This document shows positions 1 through 12,900 of a stretch of 64,000 nucleotides of DNA, one piece after another. Position 1 is the stretch's first letter, and each line of letters begins with the position of its first letter. The notes below the pieces were generated by a model that had not been told where the DNA came from, ran no database searches, and worked only from the letters and a program-made list of their open reading frames with translations. This DNA comes from Octopus vulgaris. Taxonomy: Eukaryota. The stretch is from positions 107,446,001 to 107,510,000 of the forward strand of contig OX597819.1 in NCBI GenBank assembly GCA_951406725.2, given 5' to 3'. A program made the translations under genes and the position numbers.

Positions 1-287
1 TGATAAAAGAAAAAAATTCTCTGTGCATCTCCATTAGGGAAAGAAGTAGATATTGTTGTTGTTATTGTTGTTTAGCCCCAGACCGGGCGTGATTGAGCAG
101 ATCTATGAGCATTTCGGCCGTGGTCATCAATACATAGTTCTTTTCTGTTTGTCTGCAAGCGGCTGCTAGTGTGAATTTTCTGTTCGAATTGATTTCATAT
201 TCAGTGTAATGATACACTTTTATAGGCATAGTGACTCCGTGAAAGTAATTTTCGCTATAAATCAATAAATAAAAAGTTATTAGTACT

Positions 288-350
288 ATTTTACTTGTTT
301 CAGTCATTTAACTGCGGCCATACTGGAGCATCGCCTTTAGTCGAGCAAAA
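288..350 (-). mobile_element. SINE 3' fragment (family with tail ...ggcggtgctccagcatggccgcagtcaaatgactgaaacaagtaaa)
   Basis: Matches the reverse complement of the SINE end at 41490-41545 and the copies at 32860-33050 and 33338-33525. Confidence 0.7.
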
Positions 351-406
351 TTTTGCAATATTATTTTATTCACATTTAATTTTACATGTTTATACTTTTA
401 CCGCCT

Positions 407-1190
407 TCAAAATATTTTCCATTTGAAGTAATGCATCGGTCCAGACGCGTTTTCTAGTATTCGAAACAGTTTTGAAACTCTTGTGAACTGATGGCTTTTA
501 ACTTTTTTCTTCACCCCTTCCACATCTGCAAAACGTTTCCCTTTAAGAACGTTTTCATTCAGAGTAGCAAAACAAGTCACAGGGAGCAAGTTCGGGGAAA
601 CAGTGGGGAAACAGGATCGTGCCATTTTTGGTCTAAAATTGTCTCACACTCAAGGTCGTGTGCGCAGGCGTATTGTCATGATGAAACCACTATTTTCCAC
701 AGGTCGGGCGTTTTCGTCTCACCGCATTTCGCAAACGCTTAAGAACTGCCAAATGGAACGTCAAATGAAATGCCTGGTTTACAGTTTTGACCAAGAGGGA
801 CAAATTCTGTGTGGACACTTCATTTCGCATCCATGAAACCAATCATCATCGTCTTGACAATGGACTTCACTTGACGCGCTTTTGGTGGTGGGGGGTCGTG
901 GTGACATTAAATGCTTCCATTGATTTGATTGCTGCTTCGTTTCCAGGTCGTTGCCGCACCACCAGCTTTCGTCACCAGTGACAGCTTCGAAATATAGGTC
1001 TGGATCAACTTCCAACTGTACTTTCAGTTTACGACACGCATGCAGTCGTGACTGCCTTTGATCCTCCGTGAGCAAGGTAAGCACAAATTTTGTTGCAATT
1101 TTTCTCATTCGCAATTCCTCATCAAAATTCGTTAGCAAGAACTCCAGCATACACCAGTCATATCAATAAGTTTATCAATCGCTCAGTGAC
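407..1190 (-). pseudogene. mariner-family transposase remnant
   Basis: ORF 779-1150 has L-MRKIATKFV..LT-DQ and VTGDESW..DLETKQQS-QWK..SPRP. ORF 407-625 has LKGKRFADVE. These are mariner catalytic-domain motifs, broken by frameshifts. Confidence 0.85.
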
Positions 1191-2112
1191 GGTCCTCCAA
1201 ATAAAAGTTTAAAAAAGCAGATATACTAATATATTGAATTCTGTTTCTCTGGCTTGCTCTACCAACCGTATATATTTGTGTATATCCTGCACTGCAACGT
1301 AAAAATGAGCTTCATACATTTTGTAGATATTCTTCGAAATTTTCCATATAGGCATCAATATAAGCTTTGTCAATTATTATAGATGTTTTGATTCATTAAT
1401 TTAATATGACTTGATATTCGATATCTTTGATATTTGATTCTTTCATCTTTTCACGCGCTTTCCCGTAATTCTTTATTTTCAAACGCCGAATTTCATTCTA
1501 TATGTTATTTTTTTATATATAACATCATATCTTGCGTTTCATCTGCTTTTTTTTCTTTCCACCACTTTTATTTTTCAAGCTATATATTGCGCATACATTA
1601 TTCATTATTGTATGCATTCTTTATTTAAAATTTGTATTTAAATTTTTATAACACTTTTCCATCAATTGGGTAATTTCGCTTTTCATTTAACACATCACAT
1701 CATAAACGCTACATCAATTATATAAAATCCGTTCTTTCTGTATGCGTGTCTTCTAGGATCTCGGGCATCCTCCATCCGATTGCGCTCGAATTTGATATGT
1801 AAATACCGATGGTATCGGGGCGTGTATAAGTCTCGAAAAAATTACAAAAATCGATTCCAGGTGAGAATGCGAGCGATAAAGTGAATGAAATCGTTTTTCT
1901 TTGGAATAGAAGAAAAAGTCTATCTTTATTTCTTCTTTTGCTGGTGTGTCAAATTTAGGTTAAATCAGTGTTTCTCAAAGAAGAGGCCTATGGGACGGTC
2001 GGACAAGTTGTTTTGAGAAAATTTGGTTTAAATGTTTGACAACTCAGCACCGTCCATTGGACGGGGGGCGTTTTGCGCGTATCTATCTATCTATCTCTCT
2101 ATCTATATGTAT

Positions 2113-2583
2113 ATACGTATTGACTTTTGAGCCACTACTGCGGAAGCTGGCGACTCTGAGGGGCATCCCGCGAGAACTGGGATGCGGGACGAGCGTGTCT
2201 GCATACGTGGACGACGTCACCGTCATAGTGTCAAGCCACGAGCACATCGAGCGGGTCGGCGAGACACTGAAAGACTACGAAGCGGTGACAGGAGCAAAAA
2301 TCAACCGGGAAAAGTCAGTGGGCTTGCGGCTCGGCACCTGGAGAAGCAAGCCCATGCCGTCCACCAGTACCTCCGTCGTGGGACGCTGGACAGACGGCCC
2401 GGTTGAGTTGCTCGGGGTCTGGTTCGGTCCGGACCTCCAAATGGAGAAGAACTGGAACGAGATAACGAGTAGGGTGGTCACTCTCGCCCAGCAATGGGCC
2501 GAGAGGAAACTGTCCCTAAAAGGTCGGGCGGAGGTGGCGAACACATAGATCGCGTCCATCATCTACTACCGCCTGACCGTCGT
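2113..2583 (+). mobile_element. Tx1/L1-clade LINE reverse transcriptase fragment
   Basis: YVLTFEPLL...SAYVDDVTV (YxDD motif)...GAKINREKS...LLGVWFG...WAERKLSLKGRAEVAN. GC-rich island, homologous to 16460-16550. Confidence 0.9.
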
Positions 2584-2599
2584 TTTTCCTGTTCAGTAC

Positions 2600-3589
2600 A
2601 TGAACAGGAAAAACTATATCTGGTTTGTGATTCCCTTTGGTAAACAAATCAGATCTAACCTACCGTTGCAGTTTCGCCAAGCCATTGCCAGAAATTTTCC
2701 CAGAAATTCGAGATATTACTCCACTATAAATTCGCACAAAGTAAGGATAGCTTTCTCAAATACTAAAAATCTTTCACAGATAATTGCCTCCCATAACAAT
2801 AAGCTGCTAAATAAGGCCCTGTCACCCATGAGCAGAGACACTGCCCCGTCAAATTCCAACATAACATATAGTAATAATAATAATAATAGAAGTAGCACAG
2901 ATATTAGCAGCCTTCATACCAGCATTGGCGTTAGTAATAGTAATAAGGATAAGAGCACTGACCTCGTCATTAACGGAGGGAGTCTCAACAATAATAGTAG
3001 CAGCGGTTTTAACAACAGTAGTTTTACGGACATTATCAATCACAGCATTCCCATAAACAGGGAATATGCAGGTGATATTGCCTTAAATAGTAATGAAAAT
3101 AGGGTGAATAGTATCGAATCCAGCAGTAGTTTTTACAACCATCATAGTAATAAGAACGCTGTATTAGTATTGGAAACTAATCCCAATAGATTAAGGTTCT
3201 TATCAAATAACTCCAAAATTAGAAACGCCATTTACCAGTGCAAAATTTATGCTGGATCCGATGTCTTCCTCTATATTGGCGCTACCTCATCTAAATTAGC
3301 CACAAGTATATCGAATCATTTTTCCACGTTTAGGGATAAAAAGAAACAACACTCCACTGGGCTAAGCAAATTAGTCTGGCGTTTGAAGAACGCGAATTCA
3401 ACTTTTAGGCTGGAATGGTCAATATTATCGGTGTCTTTACCGTTTGATAAGGGCAAAAAAATCTGTGCTCTATGTAATTCCGAACTCTTTCATATTCTGT
3501 TTGCCCGAGGCCGACTAATAAACTCGATTGTGGAGAGTTCTTTCAGATGCCTACACTGGAAAAAGCATACCTTTCTCTCATACCAATGA
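2600..3589 (+). CDS. Penelope-like element C-terminal protein (GIY-YIG endonuclease domain), 5'-truncated
   Basis: 329 aa open frame with AIYQCKI...LYIGAT...NHFSTF...STGLSKLVW.LK...WSIL...CALCNSE...LINS...CLH, typical of PLE endonucleases. Confidence 0.75.
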   Translation: MNRKNYIWFVIPFGKQIRSNLPLQFRQAIARNFPRNSRYYSTINSHKVRIAFSNTKNLSQIIASHNNKLLNKALSPMSRDTAPSNSNITYSNNNNNRSSTDISSLHTSIGVSNSNKDKSTDLVINGGSLNNNSSSGFNNSSFTDIINHSIPINREYAGDIALNSNENRVNSIESSSSFYNHHSNKNAVLVLETNPNRLRFLSNNSKIRNAIYQCKIYAGSDVFLYIGATSSKLATSISNHFSTFRDKKKQHSTGLSKLVWRLKNANSTFRLEWSILSVSLPFDKGKKICALCNSELFHILFARGRLINSIVESSFRCLHWKKHTFLSYQ

Positions 3590-4163
3590 AGTCTAATATA
3601 GATAACTCCTGGATTTCCTAAAAAAAATTGAAAGGTGATATCTCATCACTTTTAGTATAAAAGACTTTCTCATAGTTGCCAAGAACTACTACCAATCCCA
3701 ACAGTAACCTTGTATCTTGTCATTGCTATTGTGGCCGCCCTCTTCCTATTAAGTTGTCACATTCGAACACACAGACACAGTCTTTTCAGTTCTTGACCGT
3801 TAATTCTTGTTATCTCTCTCTCTCTGCCTTCCACACACACTTTCACGCATTCAAAGACGCACACACACACACACACATTAAGGCAATTTTACACACTCAT
3901 ACATTCGAGCACTCATTCATAAAATAAATCAAATATAAACACCAGTCATACAGAATACATTTACCCTCTTTAATTTTCCTATACCTTCCTTCTCCTACCT
4001 TGATTCTGCCCTTGAACTATGTCAACGGACAATTTCTTCTGCTTTCATCCAATCTGGCGTCAACCCCTATAAATAGACATTATTTATCATTCTTTTTATG
4101 GGCTCCTCGTGAGCAGTCGTCGAAAAGCTTGTTGTGCATTTTGTTGGAGAATTAAGTTCCTGG

Positions 4164-4249
4164 ATTTTCCTGAAGAGAAAGCTGCATAATGGACTCCTTA
4201 TTCACTCGGAATTAGGGACTTTGCAGACTTCGAAACATATGTCGAAAAT
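4164..4249 (+). ncRNA. minimal type I hammerhead ribozyme
   Basis: Stem I attttc(4164-69)/gaaaat(4244-49); core CTGAAGA 4170-76; stem II gaa..ctgca/tgcag..ttc; GAAAC-ATAT-GTC with palindromic stem III; predicted cleavage after C4243. Confidence 0.85.
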
Positions 4250-4298
4250 AAATTAAAGGAATTTTGTTAAATCTTCGTTCAGCTCCATTCTTTCCTAT

Positions 4299-4342
<44 letters not shown>

Positions 4343-4369
4343 AAAGTGTACGTACACCGCTATATGTTT

Positions 4370-4662
4370 TATATATAAAAAATAATACAAAGTGGGGCAA
4401 CAACGGAAAACATCCAGATAGATGATACAAAGAAAACAAGTACGGGTCATTCGGATTTTTCTTTCCTCAGTCGAGTTCCGGAGTATCTTTGCAATTTCGG
4501 AACCAGGCGAAATTGCAAAGATAATCTGGAACATGACTGAGGAAAGAAAACTCCGAATGACCCGCCTTTGTTTTCTTTGTATCATCTATCTGGATGTGTT
4601 ATTGTCCCTTTTTTGTATACCTGTCTGGGTGTTTTGTGTTCTTGTCCCATTTTTGTATTTTT

Positions 4663-4667
<5 letters not shown>
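4370..4667. repeat. foldback of two diverged copies of a PLE-like terminal repeat
   Basis: Arms 4410-4499 and 4508-4597 are reverse complements with scattered mismatches and an 8-nt loop. Related to the repeat at 17690-17830. Confidence 0.85.
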
Positions 4668-4740
<73 letters not shown>

Positions 4741-4835
4741 ATATAGATACATATATTCATATATACACATACATATATTCTTATCTATACATACACGTAC
4801 ATGAACATATATGTATACCTATATCAATATAAATT

Positions 4836-4877
<42 letters not shown>

Positions 4878-6339
4878 GTATGTATGTATGAATGTATATG
4901 TATGTGCATATATATATACACATGGTCACACACACTCATAAACACATACACGGACACACACACACACACACACAAACACATATATATGTCTATGTTTGGA
5001 GAGAAGAGCTAAATAGACAGTTTGCTTTTCATGATTTTTTTTTCATTTTAATTAATATTTCAATGTTATTAATAATAATAACGATGGAGCCGTAATAATT
5101 ACAAACAAATGTAAATAGCAATAACTTTGATAATTACAAATCTATTTGAAAATTCTCCGCCTGCTGCGAAATTAAATGATATGAAATGTCGCATGCTTAA
5201 AGATATGAGAGATGTTCTAAACACAGATTATCCAGAACGATTAACTAAAAATGAAGGCAACATATTAAAATCATACTGATTTCAAATGGCCACCAATTAG
5301 TGATAAATCAATAAGCAGTATTATTTTTAAAACCAAAGAATTATCGCCGTTCTAGTTACTCAACATTTCTCATACCGTACAATATATTACAGGAAATTCT
5401 TAATATTCCGTGCTTCTAAACCGTCTATAAATGTCTAAGTATGAGAAACGTTTATGTTATATGTGACATTCTATGTAACAGCACATTTATGTGTTGATGT
5501 ATCTATACATTCACCTACTTATACACACACATTCACACATTCAAACACACCCACACACGCACACACATTCACACCCGTACACGCAGAAAGAGGGAGAGGC
5601 GTATATGGAAATGTATATAAATATGTGTGTGTTTGAACCTTAGTCTAATATAAAGCTTTACGTGTGATGCGAATTTAAGTAAGAGCTGTGGAATATTAGT
5701 TTAATCCTCTCCTCTAGATGTATCTTCTTACGGCGGCTTGGGGAACACTTTCGCTTTGCAATCGTGTAAGTTTCTTTTAATACTCATAAGCAGCATCTTG
5801 GCATGTGTGTTTTTTCCTAGACTACGATAATTTTTGACCAGAATTCGGTAAGCGGGAACTTTGTTATAGCACTAGAATGATTTATCCATGACAATACATT
5901 TATCAGAAGACTTTGCCTGTTTTCTTTCTTCTATTTGAAAATGAGAATTTTTTCTCGAAATATTATAAGATCATTACACAACATATATAAAGTAATAATT
6001 ATATTTTTTCTTTGTTTTCGTTCATTGACATCACATTATATTTATTGCATAAATCCTCACATGCATTGCTCAAAGATGTTTTTTTCAAACGTTTATTTCA
6101 TAAGCATTTAAGTTTGTATGTGTACATAAGAATATTATGTGTATGTGATTGCGTTTGTATCTGTTTCTTGTGTTTGCTTTTCCTGTCATGTGCCTTTAGG
6201 ACCAACGATTGAAATGTTCAACATATACTTCGATAAAATATACACTGCGGTCAATGAAATCGATAAAATCCTTTGAAGGTAGTGCTTCTGGATATCTGCA
6301 GTATAAAAGCACAAATTACTACAAGAATAAACTTTTATG

Positions 6340-6460
6340 GGGTCAACTTTGCATTTCATCCTTTCGGGGTCGATAAAACAAGTATCACTTGAGGACTGGG
6401 GTCGATGTATTCGACTAGCCCCTCCCCCAAAAGTTTAGGCTTTGTGCCAATAGTCAACAG

Positions 6461-6462
<2 letters not shown>
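6340..6462 (+). mobile_element. tRNA-derived SINE, 3' half, ending in (TTA)n
   Basis: ggtcaactttgcatttcatcctttcggggtcgataaa...ctggggtcgatg matches the full copies at 7109 and 8271. Confidence 0.8.
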
Positions 6463-6540
<78 letters not shown>

Positions 6541-6544
<4 letters not shown>

Positions 6545-7025
6545 TAGTTTTATTTTTATAGTGTGCTTTCACTTCACTACCGAGCGCAGCTCTGTGTGCC
6601 TTAGGTATGTGCTGTGATTTGTTGTGATGCTCTGATGGTTATTGTATGGAAAGTGTTCTGCGTAGGATGTGTGCAGTGCCTAGTAGTGCAATTTTCTGTA
6701 TGTTATATGTGTTTGTGAGTCCTTGTGTTTTTGTTATGTATTTGTCTGAATATTTTTTTATCATGCCTAATGCACCTACTATGATAGGAATTGTTTCTGT
6801 TTTTAGATTCCATTCTGGTTACCTCTATTTCCAGGTCTTTGTATTTTGAAAGTTTCTCCATTTCTTTTAGAGACACGTTGTCATCTGCCGGTATTGATAC
6901 ATCAATTAGAAAGCATTTTTTCTTCATGATCTCTGACAACTATATCTGGTCTGTTGGCCTTAATTTCTCTATCTGTGTGTATCGGCATATCCCAGAGTAT
7001 GGTTGCTTTCTCGTTTTCTGTGACC

Positions 7026-7027
<2 letters not shown>
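6541..7027 (-). mobile_element. R4/Dong-clade LINE 3' end (restriction-like endonuclease domain and 3' UTR)
   Basis: ILWDMPIHTDREIKANRPDIVV...LIDVSIP...EKLSKYKDL...QKIALLGTAHILRRTL. Flanked by (TTA)n on both sides. Confidence 0.85.
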
Positions 7028-7107
<80 letters not shown>

Positions 7108-7108
7108 T

Positions 7109-7318
7109 AAAGCGGTGAGCTGCCAGAATCGTTAGCATGCTGGGCAAAATGCTTAACGGCATTTCGTCCTTCTTTACGTACTGGGTTCAAATTCTGCCGG
7201 GGTCGACTTTGCTTTTCATCCATTCTGGGTCGATAAAACAAGTACCAGTTGAGTGCTGGAGGCGATGATATTGACTTATACCCTCTCCCGTAATTGCTAG
7301 CATGTGTCAAAACTTGAA

Positions 7319-7320
<2 letters not shown>
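7109..7320 (+). mobile_element. tRNA-derived SINE (head ggcggtgagctggcagaatcgttagc)
   Basis: A-box-like start, B-box-like gggttcaaatt, (TTA)n tail; many copies in the window. Confidence 0.85.
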
Positions 7321-7390
<70 letters not shown>

Positions 7391-7406
7391 ATTATTATTA
7401 TTATTA

Positions 7407-7464
<58 letters not shown>

Positions 7465-7465
<1 letters not shown>

Positions 7466-8193
7466 TCCTTCTTCCTTCAAATTTTCTTCCGTTTCTTGCC
7501 GAGTGTTTTCCGTACACCTAGGACAGAGAAGCCCATTGTATGCATTCCCAGATTACACACGCGAATTCACAGGTAAAATATGTATTTAAAAAATTAATTA
7601 ATAAATTTATGAACGGATGTTGTTTTCACAGCGATAATGCTCTTCTCAGTACATGAGCCGTTCCAATTAACACGATTATTTGCACTTCCTGTAGAGATGG
7701 TAAGCCTCGTATCATTTTCAAATAGGTTTCAGTACCTTTTTTTTATTATCATTCCTACAGATCCTACAATCACTGGTACTGTAGTCACCTTGAGATACCA
7801 CCTTTTTTTCAGTTTCTATCAGCAAGTCTTTATATTTACTGATCTTGTCAAATTCTATCGCCGCTATATTGTGATCACAAGGAATACTCAATTAATAAAT
7901 ACACCTTTTTTGCCTGATCTTTTATAATAATATCCGGTTTATTAGCTTTTATAGTTTTGTCGGTATGTACGGGGAAATCCCATAGAATCGACACATTTTC
8001 TCCCTCAGCCACAGCTTCAGGGTGGTGTTTATACCATTTGTCAGCAGTTTTGATTTTATAATGCCGACATATTGTCCAGTATAAATACTGACCGACTCTG
8101 TCATGTCTTGCTTTATATTCTACAGGTGCTAGGACTCTACACCCTGAGATTAGGTGGTCTATAGTTTCAATCTCATCGTTACAGAAGCGGCAT

Positions 8194-8195
<2 letters not shown>
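7465..8195 (-). mobile_element. R4/Dong-clade LINE 3' end (CCHC zinc knuckle and RLE)
   Basis: CRFCNDEIETIDHLISGC..LAPVEYKARHDRV...ILWDFPVHTDKTIKANKPDIII. Flanked by (TTA)n. Confidence 0.88.
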
Positions 8196-8270
<75 letters not shown>

Positions 8271-8272
<2 letters not shown>

Positions 8273-8492
8273 GGTGGTGAGCTGGCAGAATCGTTAGCAA
8301 GCCGGCCAACCAAAATACTTAACGGCATTTCGTTCATCTTTACGTTCTGAGTTCAAATTCCGCCGGGGTAGACTTTACCTTTCGACTTTTAGGGAGTTGA
8401 CAAAATACGTACCAGTTGAGCACTGGATTCTATGTAATCGACTAATGCCATCCCTCCAAATTTTAGACCCTGTGCTTGTAGTAGGAAAGAAT
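8271..8492 (+). mobile_element. tRNA-derived SINE
   Basis: Same family as 7109-7320; B-box-like gagttcaaatt. Confidence 0.85.
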
Positions 8493-9959
8493 ATCCTCAT
8501 CATTTGAAGTAGAAACATTTGCAGCATCAGCTTTTGTTATTAAATTTTTACATAATAGGATGTGCTTGCTCAACAGTCTCGTTCCTAGATTTATTTTCAT
8601 GAATATTTTTTTAAATATTTTTTGTCTCTTTGTCAAAATTGGATTACTTTTTATGCGTTAATTCGTTCGGATTACCTCAAAGAATAGCAAGCAATATTTT
8701 TTATTAATTATTTGAACACTATTTTGTTCGCTGACATTTAACACAAAACGTCTGCAAAAGACGCCTTCCCCGACATAATCCTTGACAGATGTACAGAAAA
8801 AATAAAAACAAATAAAGAAGAAAATGGTCAAAATATTGGAGAACAAAAAACAAAGATTTTGAAAAAGAAAGAAATAATGATGAATTTGTGTTTTTTTATA
8901 CGAATAAAACAAATTTTGACAGTTCGTTTAACAGTAACAACAGCAACGACAACTACTTTACGTCACTTTACACACACAACCTCACAAGTGTTGCATCCCT
9001 TAAAAAAAGTTTGGCAAGGGTGTGTCGCAAGGGAGTTTCTCTTCTTGCTCAAGAATTTTGTCTGAGAGCTTGCCAAGAAAGAGAAAGTTAATATTTCTCT
9101 GACTCGCGAAAGGTGATAAGTATGGAATTAAGAAGGAATTTAGTGGAGGAAGTTAGGGTCAGCGTGGATTTGAATGTGTTTAATCCTGGCAAGACCATAG
9201 GATTATTCTAAAACTATACTTCAACATGGGCGCAGAAATACAATCAATGAAATCATTGGTGTAAGATAGAAATTCAACTAGTACACTTGGTGTAGAAAAA
9301 AGTCATTTGAGAAGAGTTTCAGAAATAGAGGAAGATCGAGAGTAGGAAACAACGAAGCAGATTCGTGAGCAGATGGGTTTCAATTACGGGAGACAGCAAA
9401 AACCTAATTTTTATGAACATCGTACAACAATGCTATAAAAATGTTTTTCATCAGCAAACATGCTGTGATCACCCATTTCTAATGTTTTATTTTTTATGTA
9501 TGAATTAACCCTTTTGGCTAATAAATAATTTGCAGAAATGTAAGAGTTCTTGAAGTTCTGAGTTCAAATTCTTCTGAAGTTAACTTTCACTTTTATCCTT
9601 CCTGATCAGTGGGTGAATATGATCTCCGTTTAAAGACCATAGCTTTCCGTTGTCTCTTTAGACGTCTGGCATCTGGAATATCCTTGGTCATACCAGATAC
9701 CATGCAATCACTTAGTAAATACCATAGCTAGAAGTTCCACATTAGCAATACAGAGAGTATCACAGTATTATTTCCACAGAGAAGCGAAGAAGTCTTCTCG
9801 CAAACTCTGAACGTCGATGCGTACGAACGCTTTCACATATACCAAAAGCTTTCGGGACAGAGAATATTATGGATACTTTCCAGGAATTCTTAGACTAGTA
9901 GTACTAACGAGTGGCACTAGCAATTCGAGATAAACTCATCAGAAACAGAAATGTCATCA

Positions 9960-12900
9960 GGCAGCAACACCTGAGAAGCACACAGAGTGACGAAGCCGAT
10001 ATACTTACCCTAGTTCTGTGTTAGGGTATTGCTGGCTTGTGGATTTATCACGAATAACTGCTTCAAGAACCCTGCGAAGAATTCTTGCAGTTCCAGGTAA
10101 TGCTGACTTTTGTAGGAGTTCTACCCATCTTTTTGAGCCATGTCGGTAGTTGAGTGCTGATACTTCTAAGTGTGCCAATTACTATTGGTATCATGTCTAC
10201 TCTCTTCGTTGATCACAACCTTCGTATTTCCTATTTCAAATCGTCATAGTTGTTCAGTTTGTCCTCTTTTCCTTTGACCCTATTGTCACCGGTACATGCT
10301 ATGTCGATTATTATGCATGTTCTTCCTTTCTTATTCACCACAACAATGTCTGGTTTCCGAGGACCGGATAGGTGATCGGGCTGGATCATTGTTTTTCCAC
10401 AGGATTTAGCAATTTTCATTCTCGGTGACTTTTTCTGGGGTTCTCTCATACCACGGTTTTGCTCTTTGTAGGTCGTGATTTCCACAGAGCTCCCAATAGA
10501 TCATTCTTGTCACATTGCCATTTCATCTTTTGTATTCTTGTTGTGCCAGTTTCGGGCATTCGCTAACGATGTGACATATCGATTCCCTCGTCTCTCCGTA
10601 CATCTGGATTTGTCGCTGTCGGTAGTGTTTTCTATTCTTCACTTCACATAGTTAGACCTTAACGCTTGTTCTTGAGCTGTGCATATGTGTGCTTCTGTCT
10701 CTATCTTCAGGTCACTCTTCCTCATCCATAGCCACCGGTATTCTGTATCTGTCTTGGCATTCGTATCTCTTGCAAACTGACTGTACATTTTTTTATCCTT
10801 CCATGCTGATTCTATTTTTGTGTGTGTTCTTTTCCTCTTTAAGTTTTTTACGCAATTATCAATTCTAATGATGCCGGACTTCATCACATGTTTCAACTAT
10901 GGTTCCCCGGTATTTTTTACATACCACCCTAAGCTGTTTTCCACTATTTGGATACAGTCTTGGCAACTGATCAAATCTCTCGCACCCTTTCCTCTGGACA
11001 AGTACAGCCTATCGCTGTCACTCTTTGTCAAAATTTTTCTTCTTTTCGTATCCATGTTCATTAGTTCTTTCTTTTGCCATTTTATGAACCCAGCACCATA
11101 CCGAATTGATGCTATCGCCCATGTATTAACTGATTGGATTTTGTTCCATCCGGTCAATTTTGAGCGCAACACCAATCTTAGTCTTCGGAAATATTCAATC
11201 TTCAGTTGTTATTTCAATTCCTTCTCCATAATTTGGACGAGCTCTAGTATGCCAAGATACTTGCAGCCTTCATTTTCAATTGGCTTAATTATTTCTCTAT
11301 TAAGTAATTCTATCCCTGCTGGGGACTGTATCTTACCTTTTTTTAGTACATTATACCACTTCTTGAGTCCGAATTCTATTCTTAGATCAGCACTAAAACA
11401 GTGGACCGTGTTCACCAAAGAACTCACTTTTGCCTCATCCTTGCCATACTGCTTCCAACCATCCATGAAGAGTGGGTGGTTGATTGTTTGAGATTTTCTC
11501 TTTAGCTGATATCTCAGGTTCATTTTCCTAAGTACCAAGGTCAGAGGGATAATGCAGAGAACAAAAAGCAACGGAGATAAGATATCACCTTGGAAAATCC
11601 CTCTTTTGATGCCCTGGGCGCCCAAGCTTTTTCCGTAGGATGTAAATTCAGTTTTCCACACCACCATACTTCTCTTCAGAAAACACGTTCCATTCCTCTC
11701 AATTCCAAACAAATCTAAGTACTCAATCACCACAAATGCGGAATTATATCATAAGCTTTGCGATAGTTAATCCCGGCCATTCCCAAATTTGTGCTCCTTC
11801 GTTTACAATGTTGCATTACAATTTTGTCAATAAATAAATGGCCTTTGATACCTCTGCATCTCCTCTTACAACTTTCTGTTCCGTCGGTAACATATCGTTC
11901 TCATCAAAAAATTTATACAGTTCTTCCGCAATTCCTCGTAACAGTAACTTCCACATTAACGAGAGTCAAGAAACCGGCATGTAATTGTTGGCAGTATTTC
12001 TTCTTGATGCATCCTTCAAACACAACACCGTTTGTCGTTTCGTCAACCAACCCGGGATTACTTCTTCTCCATCGACCAATGAATTAAATTGCTCTACGAC
12101 AAATTTATAGTACCTGTTGAACTTTTTATTCAAAATCCTTGTAAACCATCAGGTTCTGCTGCTTTCCAATTTCTTACCTTTTTACTCATATTTCTGATAC
12201 TGTTCTTCGTGAAGTGGATATCCTCTTGCTGGGGATAAGGCGCTGTTTGCTTCAGGCTTCAGAGCCATTCAGCTGCAGTATTATGTTGGTCTTGCTTACT
12301 CCATATATTACCCCAGAACAGTTGACTTTCATCAGCATCAGGAACGAATCTTTCACGTTCTATATCATCATTAATTTCTTGATAAGACCTTTTTTTTTCA
12401 GTTCTACTCACTTGTTTTTGCCAGTATTGTTTAATCCGTTGTTCAAACCTAGTTAACTTTGCTTTTGGTTTTTGGCAAGTATGCGCTGCTTCAGTTCTTC
12501 AATTACAACATTCAGACCTTTTGTATCTACACCATACCACTTCCTCACTTCTTCAAATCTGTGATCATTCTTCAATTCTCCTAGTCTTTTCCTGACAAGT
12601 ATTGACACAACACTGTTCCGGAACTTTATATCTACTGAAATTCTCTTTTTCTACCAAGGTTGTTTATTTCCTCTACTATCCATCGATGTTCTCTTCTCAG
12701 TAGTTTTCAATCCCATCCTTTGGGCCACAAACCTACATGCAGTCTTGATGACATTATTTGTTTCTGTGATGTTCTTTGTTTCAATGTGTCTCAATACATT
12801 ATTGACTTTACTTGTCTCTTGACTTAGTCTCCATTGGTTAGCCTTCTTAAAGTCGCATATAAATTCTGTCTCTTCTGTGTTTAATAGATCCAAATCCTGT

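Larger units (their letters stand above)
2584..4295 (+). mobile_element. Penelope-like retroelement, 3' part (linker, GIY-YIG endonuclease, pseudo-LTR region with hammerhead)
   Basis: ORF 2600-3589 starts with an RKNYIWF..PF..NFP..IIASHNNKLL block and ends in a GIY-YIG domain. It is followed by a non-coding tail containing a hammerhead ribozyme. Confidence 0.85.

Noticed and set aside
2113-2583. Being the excised RT core of the 16030-17470 element
   Set aside because: The two overlap in homology at RKLSLKGRAEVAN and differ at many bases, so they are separate copies.
4582-5636. ORFs rich in YIYI, HTHT, CVCV, LLLL, NNNN or YLSI here and throughout the window
   Set aside because: Translations of microsatellites; no coding signal.
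10820-11491. 223-aa plus-strand ORF
   Set aside because: Antisense shadow of the Dong-like RT region.
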